DNA of 64,000 nucleotides, from assembly GCA_964019335.1 (NCBI GenBank), contig OZ025667.1, positions 620,001-684,000 of the forward strand, in the 5' to 3' direction. Of this stretch, positions 24,011-36,216 are shown one piece after another. This DNA is from Diplonema japonicum. Taxonomy: Eukaryota; Protista; Euglenozoa: Diplonemea. A program made the translations under genes and the position numbers. A model generated the notes under the pieces. The model ran no database searches. It was not told the origin of the DNA and saw nothing but the letters and a program-made list of their open reading frames with translations. The first letter of the stretch is position 1. Each line of letters starts with the position of its first letter.

Positions 24011-25327
24011 ATGAAGCTACTCATCTTAGTAACAAGCGCCGTGACGTTTGCAGCCGGCCTAGAAGCGTCCTTGGATGGGGAGGCGATTGAGGTAGATTTG
24101 CAAGATGAAGATGACGACGAGGAAGACGACCTAGCAGCGGACTACAACACGTACCTGGCCGAGCGTGGTGTGCGTGTCGACGGTGTGAAAGTGAAGGTCG
24201 ACGGTGAAAATGGATTGATGGTCGTCGCAGAGAGAGACCTTGAAGCCGGCCACACAATCGCGAGCGCAACAAGAAAATCCCTACAAGTCCGCACTAGACA
24301 CGCAAGGAAAAAAGCGAAATCAGTCATCAAGGAAAACGACAACCTAAAAGACATGCAAGAACAAGTCCTTCTCGCCGTCAAACTAATGGACACAGAGGGC
24401 GCCCTCCACTACCTCTCCCAAGAAAACTACCCAACATCCGGCCTCAACGTCTCAGAAAGCACCATGAAATGCCTCTACGGCGATATCGTGTCCCACATCC
24501 ATCTCTTAAGGGAAACCGTAACAAAATTCACATCGACAATCGTTCAAATGGGTTTAAACACACATGAAAACGCGGAAAGAGCAATGCTTTACACGTTACA
24601 GTCTGGCGGCAACCTTCCTGGTACTAAGGAAATGGTTGTTTTCCCTTTAATTGATATCATGGATGGGGATATTTTTGGTCAGGTGGAACCCGGTGAGTTC
24701 ACGGCAGAAGGGATGACGCTTGTCATCAACAAGAAGGTGAAGAAAGGAGAGCGGTTGGCAAAGGTTCCCAGGATTACGCTTTTTAGAAGCGCGGCGTTGT
24801 TCGGGCAGATCGACGATGAGCTGGATGGTGTTCCAATCGAGCTCTCATGGCACTCCCTTCCCGCGACTGCTAAGGCAAAGCTAGTCGAACACGGATGCGG
24901 CACAGGAACAGTTGGTATGATTAAAAGCGATGGCTACTCCGATCTTCTGTTGAAATGTGTGTCCATTGCCGCCGCTTATCAAATCGAACACGAAGAAGCC
25001 GACACTACCGATTACAGCGACCCGCTTACCTTTGCGCCCGATATCACCTTGGCAGGGTACGACTTGCTGAATTCGCTTATCCAGGCGCATATCGACAAGA
25101 TCCCTAAAGATGAGGAATGTTACAAGCAGAACTCGATCCCCGTTCTTGTGAACATGAACCAGAAGATTCGCAAGCTGCTCAAGTCAGCCGGAACCAAGCT
25201 CAAGGATCTTGCCGACTCGTACATTCAGGTTCTTGAGAAAAACGGTTTCGTTCCCGCCGGAGTCCTTGAGAAGGCTGCTGGGATCGAGGAAGATGACGAC
25301 ATCGACGATAAGACTGAAGAATTATAG
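24011..25327 (+). CDS. Signal-peptide protein with degenerate SET-domain-like (LSMT-type) fold
   Basis: ATG at 24011 with signal peptide. GLMVVAERDLEAG, VVFPLIDIM and KKVKKGERL resemble SET motifs; C-terminal TEEL. Confidence 0.6.
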   Translation: MKLLILVTSAVTFAAGLEASLDGEAIEVDLQDEDDDEEDDLAADYNTYLAERGVRVDGVKVKVDGENGLMVVAERDLEAGHTIASATRKSLQVRTRHARKKAKSVIKENDNLKDMQEQVLLAVKLMDTEGALHYLSQENYPTSGLNVSESTMKCLYGDIVSHIHLLRETVTKFTSTIVQMGLNTHENAERAMLYTLQSGGNLPGTKEMVVFPLIDIMDGDIFGQVEPGEFTAEGMTLVINKKVKKGERLAKVPRITLFRSAALFGQIDDELDGVPIELSWHSLPATAKAKLVEHGCGTGTVGMIKSDGYSDLLLKCVSIAAAYQIEHEEADTTDYSDPLTFAPDITLAGYDLLNSLIQAHIDKIPKDEECYKQNSIPVLVNMNQKIRKLLKSAGTKLKDLADSYIQVLEKNGFVPAGVLEKAAGIEEDDDIDDKTEEL

Positions 25328-25545
25328 AAAATTGAGAGGGGAGTGTGTGTTTTTTTTTTTTTTTTTTTTTTTTCTCTTCCCCCTCCTGTTGATCTTCTTC
25401 TTTTTTTTTTCTAAGACACAAAAAAAAAAGAAGGAGAGCGCAATGGGGGGGAAAGTAGAACTTTAAGGGGAAAAAAAAAAAAAAAAAAAGTCGGAGAAGG
25501 TAGAAATTAACCACTGTCCAGGGATGGCAGCCGGTTGATTTTTTT

Positions 25546-25590
25546 TAGGCGATCCTGTCACATACTGCAGGTTCCCTTCAAAGACATCTT
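25546..25590 (+). repeat. Isolated 3'-end motif of family C
   Basis: TAGGCGATCCTGTCACATACTGCAGGTTCCCTTCAAAGACA is identical to the motif at about 33168-33208. Confidence 0.7.
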
Positions 25591-25885
25591 TTTTTTTTTT
25601 ATATTATTATTGGTGCCCGGGCATTTGTCGGTCCGATCCCCCTCTTTTTTTCCCCCCCAATACAACGCCGTTTTCTCCCTCCTTCGCCATAATGGTGAAC
25701 TTTTCTTCTTTCCCTTTTCCTTGGAAGGGAGGAGGGGGGATACATCTTCCCGAGGTACGATTTTTTTTTCTCCTCCCCCCCCCCCCCCCCAGCGTTATGA
25801 ATCGTATTAGAAAAAAAGAAAAACAACAACAAAAAAAGGAAGGTTCAAAAGAAGAGAAAAAAAAAAGAATTTTATATTTAAACAA

Positions 25886-26716
25886 ATGGTCTACCCCAGT
25901 CGGCAGATTGTAGTGACGGTGAAGAACAAGGTAGCGACGATTAGGTTCAATAATCCAAAGAGGTACAATGCGTGGGGGAGTTTGATGATGAAGGAGATGA
26001 AGGAAGCATTGGAGATTGCACTGCATGACAAGGAAGTAGGCGCCGTGGTACTGACGGGGACGGGGAAGTACTACTGCTCGGGCGTGGATTTCAGCGGGAA
26101 TATGCAGATGATGCGGCCAAGCTTGATGAAGAAGAAAATCGAGGAGGAAAACGCGGCCCTTTTCGCGATCTTCATCGAGTACACAAAGCCTGTTGTGGTG
26201 GCAGCCAACGGTCCAGGTATCGGAGCCTGTGTCACATCTGCCGTTTTGTGTGATGCTATTCTTGCAGATGAAACTGCTACGTTTTCGACACCATTTGCAT
26301 CGTTGGGTATAGTCCCTGAAGGATGTTCTTCATACACTTTTGAGCGGAAAATGAATGCTGAAAACGCTCAGCGTATGCTTGGTGCTGAAGGATGGGCCCC
26401 CACTGCCCGTGAGGCATTCGAGGCAGGTCTCATCCACGGGGTGCACCCCGACAACAACTCCCTCATGGAGGCAGCGCAAAAACACGCGGAGGGTTACATT
26501 GCTGCAGACTACACCCGGCCTACCCAGAAGGATACGACGTATTCTGAAATCCTCACAACCGTCAACCGCAAGGAGTCCGCCCTTCTGGCCAACGCCTTCA
26601 TGGACTACCCTTTCCTTGCAGCACAGTCGGCGTTCTGGTGGAAGAAAAACAAAATCCCCCTCGCAATCATGTTCAAGGTGCTGTACTGGACGAAGCCTAT
26701 TTGGTCTTTGATTTGA
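25886..26716 (+). CDS. Enoyl-CoA delta isomerase (crotonase family, ECI2-like)
   Basis: FNNPKRYNA, YYCSGVD, ANGPGIG and PFASLGIVPEGCSSYTF. Confidence 0.88.
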   Translation: MVYPSRQIVVTVKNKVATIRFNNPKRYNAWGSLMMKEMKEALEIALHDKEVGAVVLTGTGKYYCSGVDFSGNMQMMRPSLMKKKIEEENAALFAIFIEYTKPVVVAANGPGIGACVTSAVLCDAILADETATFSTPFASLGIVPEGCSSYTFERKMNAENAQRMLGAEGWAPTAREAFEAGLIHGVHPDNNSLMEAAQKHAEGYIAADYTRPTQKDTTYSEILTTVNRKESALLANAFMDYPFLAAQSAFWWKKNKIPLAIMFKVLYWTKPIWSLI

Positions 26717-27063
26717 GATGACAATTTTATTTATTTTTTTGTTTTGTTTTGTTTTTTTTTTCTTTTTTTTTTGTTTTGCTTTGTTTTTTTTTTTTCCTAA
26801 CATATTCGCGTGTGAAAAATGAACGAATAGTAGAAAGAAGAAGGAAGAAGGAAAAAGAAAAAAAAGATAATTTTTTATAAAAAAAAGGGGGGGGGGGAAC
26901 ACGACGTCCTAATTTATTTGTTCTCTTTTTTTTTTTTCTTCTTCTTTTTTTTTTTAACGGTGTTACCAACCAGTAAGAATCTGGCTTTTTTACCCCCCCT
27001 TCTATTTTTACTTTTCGAAGAAAAAAAAACCCCCCCCTCATCAGGAGGGCCTGGCTGGTTGGA

Positions 27064-29365
27064 ATGATTAAAAAAAAGGATGGAGCGAAGCGCCCCTCGA
27101 GGCCAAGCCCAATCCCCATAGGGAAGCCGTTGGCTACGGGGAGTGGGAGCGGGAGCGTGGTACCGGACCCACCACTAGAGAACATCGTGGGCGCTATTGA
27201 GTCCTTGAGGAAGGAGGGGCTTGGGGAGGAGGAGATGAAGGAATCCTTGAAAGTGCTACAGGTTGTGGTGTGGAAACACAAGGGACCGGGAACAGGTAGA
27301 TGGGCAGAACTCGACAGGAATTCAAAAATAGTAGAAGAACTAGAGGCAGCATGGAAGGTATCCCTGACTCTAGCAGTGAACGGGGGGAAATCTGTATGCC
27401 GGTTGTGCGAGCTGGAAACAGCCGTACACCCGTTCTGTTCAGCAAATGGTTCAAAGCACGCTTCCCTCAGCATCCCTGAGTACGCTCAGTACAAGAGAAC
27501 ATACATCCTCCCAGGGAAGGTGAAGGAGCTCCTCTCAAGCGAGTTCCTCCCCGATCTTGTTGAGATCATGCGGCAAAACACACAGCACCTCGAGGCTCTT
27601 GTTTTCGCAATGATGGTTATGACCGAAACCACTTCCCCCAAGCTAGCTGTCGAGGCCAACAAGAACGAGCTCCTCAGTGCGGGTGCCATTACCGTTCTCT
27701 TGGAGGCCATTGAGAGGTACCAGCACATTGAAGTCATTGCGCAGGATGCATGTGCTGTGCTTCGTAACCTGCTCACCCACATCCCGACAAACACCCACTT
27801 CGAGAAGGTTGGTGGGACTGTGCACCTCCTCCGAAGTGTGAACAAGTACCCCATGAACAGCGAGCTAGTCCACCGTGCGTGTGGCTGCCTTCTCATCCTC
27901 GCGTCGCGCGGTGTTGACTCACGCAAACAACTCTTCGACCTGGGCATCATCTCAACCCTTGTGCGTGTCATCGCCACACCGCACGGGAGGGAACACACCA
28001 TTAGACGGCTTGTCATCACCGCCTTCCAGAAACTCGTTAAATCCATCCCGAAAAAACAATTTTGCGAACAGATGGAAGAAGCGAAGGGCTTCACGACCAT
28101 CAACACGCTGTACAACAGCACGAAGGACGACGACAGGGGGGGGATGGCAGAGATCCTCGGTTTGAGAGGAGACCTTCCAAGAGGGACATTTGTGGACCCG
28201 AACGTGTTGGTGATCGACGACAAGGGGCAGATGCACAAGGAGTCTATTGTGCAGATGATGAAGGCGAACGAGACACGTGAGTACATCGAGGATCCCGTAA
28301 CGCCCAAGATGGCTCCGCAAGGTTGGTCCGCGTCATCTGTCGCGTCCCCGTTGTTCCCGTCGCCGCCGTCGTTCGGTGCTGGCGACTTCGATGACGATGA
28401 TGGCAACGACCCCGCCTCATACTTGAACGAGTTCCCTGCGCGGACGACGAGCATTGCGACGAAGGTTCAGAAGGCACGCACCCCTGGTGCGCCCAAGGCA
28501 CCCCAGTCAAGCCAGACAGATGTCGCCATGGCGGATGACGACCTCTCCGTCTACACAAGCACCAGCTCCAACATCACCACCCCTGGCACACGCGTGCAGA
28601 TGGAGACTGATCAGCTGTTCCTGGCCCCCCCTGTGGGCCCTGCTGCCAAGGCCATGAACATAGCCAACAAGTGCATCACATTCTTAAACAGTTCATTCAC
28701 TTCGAAGTATGTTTTGGGGAAGCAAATAAATAAATAAATAAATAAATAAACAGCGGCACCTTCATCCGCACCCCCGAGTACTCGCAGACCTTGTACCGGT
28801 ACATTTCGGAGCTGCTGTCGCCCGTCACCGAGATCCTCAAACCCCTTCCGAAGTGCGTCGATCTGAACGCACCTGTCTACGTGTTTGGAGACATCCACGG
28901 CAACTTCGGCGATCTGAAGTATTTCATGGACAACCTGATGGTGTTCAAAGACCTCACCTACACACCGTACTCTTTCCTATTCGTGGGGGACTATGTGGAC
29001 AGGGGGAAATGGGGACCGGAGGTGATGGCGTACCTTTTGGCGATGAAGATGCTGGCGCCAATGGACGTGCACATGCTGAGGGGGAACCATGAGGACGAGG
29101 AGGTGAACGGTGATGTGGACTTGTATGGTGAAGGAAGCTTTCGAAAGCAGTGTTTAAAGTGCTTCGGGCATGTGGTGGGGGCTGGGGAAGCCAATGCCCT
29201 GTTCGACAGGATCAACAACGCTTTCAAGCAGTTCCCCATCGCTGCTGTGGTGGACAACAAAATATTTGCCACGCACGGTGGGATCCCCAGGTTCGGAGGG
29301 GGCGACGACATCCGCATGGAAACCCTGCGCGATCCGTCTTTCGAAGCCTTTGAAAAGTATTTCCC

Positions 29366-29414
<49 letters not shown>

Positions 29415-29709
29415 TCCCCTCATCAACAGCTTCATCCTTCCGTACGAAATCGACATGAACGACAAGAAGACAAGGCAACACGTCTACGCGCATGACTGCA
29501 TCTGGTCTGATCCTTCTATGAATGGTGAAAGGCTGGACGAGTACGGGTTTGGGAAATCCTCGAGAGGCGGGCAGGTTGTGTCGTACGGCCAGACAGCCAT
29601 ACACAATTTCCTAGACAGTACTGGGATGGAGTTCATCATTAGGGGGCATGAAGAGAAAGCGGATGGGCTGAATATCTCCAAGCAAGCGAGAGTGCTGACA
29701 GTATGGGAA

Positions 29710-29744
<35 letters not shown>

Positions 29745-29881
29745 AGGTATTCTCCACGTCCGACTATTGCCGAAAAGGCAATAAAGCTGGTGTCGCCCTA
29801 ATCAGGAAACTTCAAAATGGTGACTTGGTTTGCAGAATGATCCACCGAGCCAAGCCTGCAGGTGTTCAGAGTGCTTACTAA
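27064..29881 (+). CDS. PPP-family Ser/Thr phosphatase with N-terminal ARM-like repeats, 4 exons
   Basis: Exons 27064-28706, 28754-29356, 29430-29700, 29747-29881 join in frame. Motifs GDIHG, GDYVDRG, RGNHE, HGG, WSDP, IRGHE and TVFSTSDY. Confidence 0.9.
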
Positions 29882-30715
29882 GAGGGATGGGGGGGGGGGG
29901 GGGAGTATAAGGGAGGCAATCTATCCCCTTAAGATTTTTTGTGTACATCACCTTTAAAAAAAAAAAGAGAAGAAGAAAAAAATTTTCGAGATTAAAAAAA
30001 AAAAATAAGAAAATGTTATCCAATAGTGCTTGAATACTTTTTTACTTTTTTTGAAAATTCTATCCCCTCTCTTTTTTTTTTTTTTTAAAAACGCCATTTC
30101 TTCAGCTAACTTCACTCAAACGGAAGGAAGGGAAAAAAAAAAGAAAGACAAAATACAAACGAGAGAGACTTAATGGGGGAAAAAAAAACGGAAATGAAGA
30201 AGAAAAAGTAGCGGTGAAGAAAAGCACTTTTTCTCTAAGTTATCTTTCTTTTTTTTTTATGTCTTCCTGCCCTACCCTTTTTTTTTGATACCTACCTTCC
30301 TTAGCTTTTCTTCCATTTCTTTCTTTCAGGTTGGTGTGTCAAAAGTATAGTTTTTTTTATTATTATTTCTTTTTTTTTTTTTTTTTTTATTCAAGAGGGC
30401 GAGGCCTAAAAGGAATAGGGTCCGCTTCAAGAGCCCAGTTTCAAAGGTGAAAAAAGGGGGGGGTGGAAAAAAAAAAGAAAAAATAAAGAAAAGAACCAGA
30501 ACCCCATTAAAAAGCGCAGCGCCACAAAAAAAAAAAGAGTGTATTTTCCACAGGAGAAAAAAAAGAAGAAGAAAAACAAAAAAAGAGAATAAAAAAACAA
30601 TAGAACAGGATTTAAGAAGGGGTGGGGTGGGGCGGACCTTTTTTTTTTTTTTTTTTCTTTCCGCCCAAGCATCACAAAATCACTAATCCCAACCCCTCTT
30701 TTTTTTCTTCTTCTT

Positions 30716-30748
<33 letters not shown>

Positions 30749-30869
30749 CGCACACATCTCGTCCCTTTGTTTTTCTTTTCCCCGTTGTTTTCTTTTTTTT
30801 TTCTAATATTTCCGCAAACAAACAAAAACCAGGTTGGGGGGGGGGGGGAGAAAAGGAGGGGGGAAAAAA

Positions 30870-31943
30870 ATGGATGACGAACCGTTGGTACCAGTAAGAC
30901 TGGAAAAAAATCAAAAAACACGGGAGTGGCAAATTGAAAAAAAGCTCGCAAAGCCACCGGAAGGGAAGCCCAACGGTGGGATAAACCGGAGGGTTCAGAA
31001 ACAAAAGGCAATCGAAAACCAGAACCTGATCGCGGTCAGCTCGCCGTGCTACGGAAAATTTAAAACAGAAACAGCAAAGATCGGGGGGAAAAGGGTGAGG
31101 CTTTTGGAGCCGCTGCCTCCTATTTACACAAAATGCAAGCAAGCGAAGGCGGAAAAAGCAAAGATGGTGACTGAGTTCGAATCGTTTGAGAAACACCTGC
31201 AAAAAGTAAAACAACAGCAACAACAACAACTCAAAAAAAATCAAAAATCGCAAAGCCCAACATTGCAAGAATCAACCCACATGAAGCTAGCAACAACGTA
31301 CGCCGCGAACCTCATTCGCTCTGTCACAATGACACAAATCTACCAAGCCTATGTTACAGTAATGGGCAGTATAAAACCAAAACTGACCCTGGAAAATATG
31401 CACGATCTCTTCCTGCACCTAGTACCAGAGTACCCCCTGGGAAGGGATCAGGTAAACTCAATTTTTACAGTCCTTGCCGATGACGACGGTTTAGTATGCT
31501 TCAAAGAATTTTTCATCAACCTCGGAGCAGTTATGTACGGCAAAAGCACCAGAGACGGAATCAATTTTTTCTTCGGAAAAATCGAAGCTCTTGGACCCCT
31601 TGGTGTTATGAAAGGCCATGTCCCTGTGACCAGATTCACCATGCGGCACTTTGAAGTCATCATCAAAGAGCACATTCCCGGGTGTCTTATACACAAGTGG
31701 TTCCGCCTTTCCAGTCTTCTCTGCTCAAGGCTGGAGGTGCACCCATTCGAGTCGACACATGTTGGTTATGATAAATTCTTGTGTTACATATATCTGTATG
31801 ATGATCTTTCAAGGGCCTTTCACAAGGTAGTCCCAGAGGTAGCACCCAAGAGGGGTTCCATTCCGTCCACCACTTTCCCTTCTCTCCGACCACCTTCTCC
31901 GAAAATCATCAAGCCTGAGAATACCGTTAGATGGAGTGAGTGA
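30870..31943 (+). CDS. Hypothetical protein, possible degenerate EF-hand
   Basis: ATG at 30870; IFTVLADDDGLVCFKEF is EF-hand-like. Confidence 0.6.
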   Translation: MDDEPLVPVRLEKNQKTREWQIEKKLAKPPEGKPNGGINRRVQKQKAIENQNLIAVSSPCYGKFKTETAKIGGKRVRLLEPLPPIYTKCKQAKAEKAKMVTEFESFEKHLQKVKQQQQQQLKKNQKSQSPTLQESTHMKLATTYAANLIRSVTMTQIYQAYVTVMGSIKPKLTLENMHDLFLHLVPEYPLGRDQVNSIFTVLADDDGLVCFKEFFINLGAVMYGKSTRDGINFFFGKIEALGPLGVMKGHVPVTRFTMRHFEVIIKEHIPGCLIHKWFRLSSLLCSRLEVHPFESTHVGYDKFLCYIYLYDDLSRAFHKVVPEVAPKRGSIPSTTFPSLRPPSPKIIKPENTVRWSE

Positions 31944-32013
31944 AAGAGGAAAAGAGTCTACCATTTTCGGGTGGTTGGATACTTTTTTTTTAAAAAAATT
32001 GGGTTCTTATTTG

Positions 32014-32042
<29 letters not shown>

Positions 32043-32044
<2 letters not shown>

Positions 32045-33210
32045 GGACGAAGATACTACCGCAAGGCAAACAGCTCCTGAAACACGAGATCAGGACGCTG
32101 CTGAAAGCCAAACTACGTGAGGATCTGGCCGAAGAGCGAGACACCTACCAGGGGGTCGAAACAGGCATTGACGAGGAGAAAACGAACTTCCTCCACAACG
32201 AGGTGACGACCACCAACCCACAGAAAGCAAGGAGGATACTTTGTGCCATTGCGGGCGCGATGCTTCCCCTACACCCCAGAGCTTACGGCGACATGAACGG
32301 CTCACATACGAAATGCCTGGGGTGTGGCACACCATATAACATTGGGAACGGGACCAGCTCCCTACTACAACATACGATCTGGCAATGCCCAGCGCACGCC
32401 GACTGCAGAACGACCAACACTGACCGCATTCGGCTGGTGCAAGACCACGTCAGCTGGCCAAGCTGCGCCCGACTACACGGCATTATTACCTCTGATATGG
32501 ACATAAGCCTGACAAGTGTCAAGGAACTACACCTGATGTTTGCGGAAATTGCGGGGAAACTCGAGAGCCTGCACACCGAGAAGCAGGTCAGATACGACAA
32601 TCTGCACTTCTGGAAAAGACCATTCCAACCGGGAAACCTATTAGAACCGAAACCCCTCATTTGGTATCACAAGCACGGGCTGGGGAAGAAGTACTTCCCG
32701 GCTGATCCCGTTTGTCCTCAAATGGCTGAGTGCCCTGAAATGGGGCAAGGATGGAGGGCAAGTGTCCAAGGCGGAGCTTGCTGTCGACTTCATAGCAACG
32801 GAGAGAATCCACATGGGTGGTGAAGACCTGGCATGCTGGGCTAGGAAAATCGGAAGAATCCTCAACGTCCTGGACAGGGCACACAGAACAGGAACGGGGA
32901 ATCACCTGATTCCAGCAGAAACTAAGAAGTCAGTACACTCACTGCGTACTGAGGCTCCACAGCCATTCCATCATTGGATACTCCACTCGTCCGGTCTTCG
33001 CGTCCCCGAAGGCAACCCACCCGATCCTAGAGGAGCAACTGCGAACGCATTGCATCCTCAACAACTCGCTAGTCGGTTTCACGCCCAAGCTGCTGATTAG
33101 ATACTACGACGGGCCTAAGGCACTACCACGACAGAAGGGATCAAACACTAGATGAGTTGATTGTCGTTAGGCGATCCTGTCACATACTGCAGGTTCCCTT
33201 CAAAGACACC
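32043..33210 (+). mobile_element. 5'-truncated, degenerate non-LTR retrotransposon relic (family C)
   Basis: ORF fragment with a LINE-like C-terminal knuckle (CLGC...HTIWQC) and frameshifts. Ends in a motif also seen at about 25546 and 16759; flanked by T-runs. Confidence 0.65.
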
Positions 33211-33378
33211 TTTTTTTTTCTTTTTTTCTTTCCTGAGATGGCCGCCCCCCCCCCCCCCCCCCCCCCTCAAAAGAAAAAAGAAAGGGGGAGAGAGTAGGGA
33301 AACCTGGGCAAGGCAAGATAACCTTCTTCCTCCCTCCCCTTTACTTTGAATCCCCAATATGCAAATACTCGCAACAGT

Positions 33379-33409
<31 letters not shown>

Positions 33410-33487
33410 CCCAATACCAAATGAAACAGGGGGTTCTAAGGGCAGGCGCCAAAGAATTTAACAACAGAAAAAAAACAAGAAAAAAAA

Positions 33488-34258
33488 ATGAGCGACATTG
33501 ATTTTGATGATGAAAACCAGTCGGACTGTGACTTCGATGATTGGGAGGATGCCGAGGAGGAGAAAGAGCTCGAGAAGGAGAAGGAGGAACAGAAACTGAG
33601 AGAAGAGGAAGAAAGAAAGGCGGAAATTGCGAGGAAGAAGCAGGAGAAGTGGGAAAGAATCGAAGCCGCCAAGGGCAACGTTGAGGAAGATGCGATAGAA
33701 GAAATCGACGGAGTCGGTGAGAAGGAGTACAAAGACATGATTGCTCGGCACGAAGTTGAGGTCACATACGGCGAGGTGTCGAATAAATTTGAATCTAAAC
33801 CAATTGCCAACATGGAACCTTCCACCAAAGAAGAGTACCAGGTAATGGGTGACAAACTGGGAAACTGTGTTAAAACTTTCAGGTACTATAAAAAAAAAAA
33901 AAAAAAAAAAAAGAGGGAAAAAAAAAAATGCAGGTCTAGCAAGTTCTATTTCTACATCCTGAACTCGCTTGTCACAAAGTCTTCTGATAAGCTCTGCCTC
34001 GAAGAGTGCCAGGAGCTCTCCAAGAAGCTAAATGTAATCCACGCTGAGAGAACCAAGGCCATGAAAGACGGTGTTAAGAAGGAAAAGAAAGACAAATATG
34101 AGAAGGTTGGCGAAGCTGAAGAAGAAACCGGACGACCTGTCCAGCCCAGCGGTATTTAAAAATTAAAGAAAAAAAGAGGGGGGGCAAAAAAAAAACCCCC
34201 AGGTGAAGGTAGAAACGACTTCAAGGATGACGGGAAGGACCTGGGAGACTTCATGTGA
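33488..34258 (+). CDS. EIF3J: Translation initiation factor eIF3 subunit J, 3 exons
   Basis: Exons 33488-33882, 33934-34151, 34203-34258. Acidic N-terminal DDWED, PSTKEEY and C-terminal GDFM. Confidence 0.8.
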
Positions 34259-34541
34259 AGACCCGGGCATTCCATGCCCCCCCCCCCCCCCTTTATTTCG
34301 GCTTTTTGTGGGTCGGTTGCTAACACCTTTTCCCCCCCACTTTATTTTTTTTTATCCCTTGGCCAATCATTTTTTTTTCCATCCCCATCCCATAGTGTTT
34401 TTTTTTTTTTTTTTTTTCTTTTTTTTCTCTCTCTTTCTTTTTTTTTCCCCTCGTCGAAATATAAAACAAAAAAAAAATTTCTTGAGCATCAAAACAGGTG
34501 GGAAGAAGAGAACAGAAGAAAAAAAAGAGGGAAAAAAGAAC

Positions 34542-35704
34542 ATGCCGCCCAAGAACAGAAGAAGAGGCAGAGGGAGAGGTGGAAAGCCTCCTGAAGGAGG
34601 TGGCGGACACCAACATGAAGAACCGGGCGAAGTTGTGCTACCCGCAACGGTGACACAGATCGCACCGTGCAAGCACAACGAGTGGATGTGCAGCGATAGG
34701 AGGAAGCACTTCGTCACGTTGAAGTGCTTGGCGTGCGACCAGAAGTGGAAGACCCGACTGAAAGAGTTTACGAAATGCCCCGACTTCCACGCAGAGGGGA
34801 GGTACTGTCCAAGAGGCGACCAATGCCCACACCCTCACGTGTACGCAAGATCAAGAATCTCGGAAGCACCGAGTAGAAAAGCCGCTGCCTTAGCCACAAT
34901 GCGGGTGAAGTCCATGCCCTCCAAAATAGTCTGCCAGGATGGTCAAGAACCAGAACAGACGCATGCCAGAGCACAAACTCTGCCCAACGGCAACTGGGGT
35001 CTCTCCCACGATCCGTCTGCGTCAGTCGGCTTGGGGCCGATCACAGAGCTTCTCTCACAGTCAGCCAACATCCCGCCGGAACAGTCGCTGCTCTTCATCC
35101 CCGAGCCTCATCGTGCTAACACTGACATTCAGAACCAGATGTATTCGGACCTTGCAGCCTCCCTCCTCCCCGATCGTGCGCTCACGATGCCTGCGAAGCA
35201 CGTCTTGCTTGCAACGTCGCTTCCTAACATCTCACACGAAGAGGCCACCGACCCTTCCCTCGGCGATTCTCTGGACAGGGACAGTACCACAACAGGCACG
35301 CTGAGCAGGTGCGGGACGGCCCCTGACGGAATGAATAGGTGTTTTATTTTTGAATGGAAAAAAAAAAAAAAAAAAAAAAAAATACAGAAACAAAATCATG
35401 CGTTCGCAAACAGAGCCCAAGTTCAACAGAGATGTCGATGAAGACCAAGGCACTGTGTCAATGCACCAGCCACCGACCAAGGTAAAAAAAAAAAAAAAGA
35501 GGGGGGGGAAACTGGAAAAAAATTTTTTTTTAAAAAAAGGAATGGAGTGGTAGCTGTGGGAGCGGGAGTGGTCATGCGGGCGAGACAACTGAAATGAGGA
35601 GGAGGCTGGTTGAAACCGGTGGTCTTATGCTTGATGGTGTGATAATGGAGAAGTCCGTCTGTGTTGGTGTTGATACTGACCCCAAGAGTCCCATCCGCCG
35701 CTAG
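34542..35704 (+). CDS. CCCH zinc-finger protein, 3 exons
   Basis: CPDFHAEGRYCPRGDQCPHPH. Inferred exons 34542-35338, 35388-35481, 35540-35704 splice in frame. Confidence 0.7.
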
Positions 35705-35834
35705 GTCCCTCCTGGGCCGAAAAAGGCCAGCAAGAGAGAAGCCATTAAGTGTTCCTTACTTGTAGAGATTTGTTTTTTTTTTTTGCCCCCTTTGTTTCAT
35801 ACGTAGGTGCTTTGTTGCAAAGCTTGTTTCCTTT

Positions 35835-35871
<37 letters not shown>

Positions 35872-36057
35872 CCCCTATTGGACAGGAACGTTACTCTCCA
35901 ACCTACTGGAACCCTGTAGGTGCCAATTGAAAAGGGTGCCCTTTGCCTGAGGAGGGCACCAAAAGCGAGATTTGACCGAAACTGAGAGCAGTCTTTGGCA
36001 CAGTTAACGCCCCTCTTTTTATTATTTCCCGTACTTTGCATAACAATTTGTGTGGTT

Positions 36058-36113
<56 letters not shown>

Positions 36114-36170
36114 CTTGTTTCCTGCCGTGTGTGAGCTAGGCGATTAACCAGGCATTTAGAATTATGAGTT

Positions 36171-36211
<41 letters not shown>

Positions 36212-36216
36212 GGAAA

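Noticed and set aside
35870-36010. Possible ncRNA hairpins (also 38150-38240 and 9780-9990)
   Set aside because: Isolated short stems without recognisable boxes, repeats or family motifs; not supportable from sequence alone.
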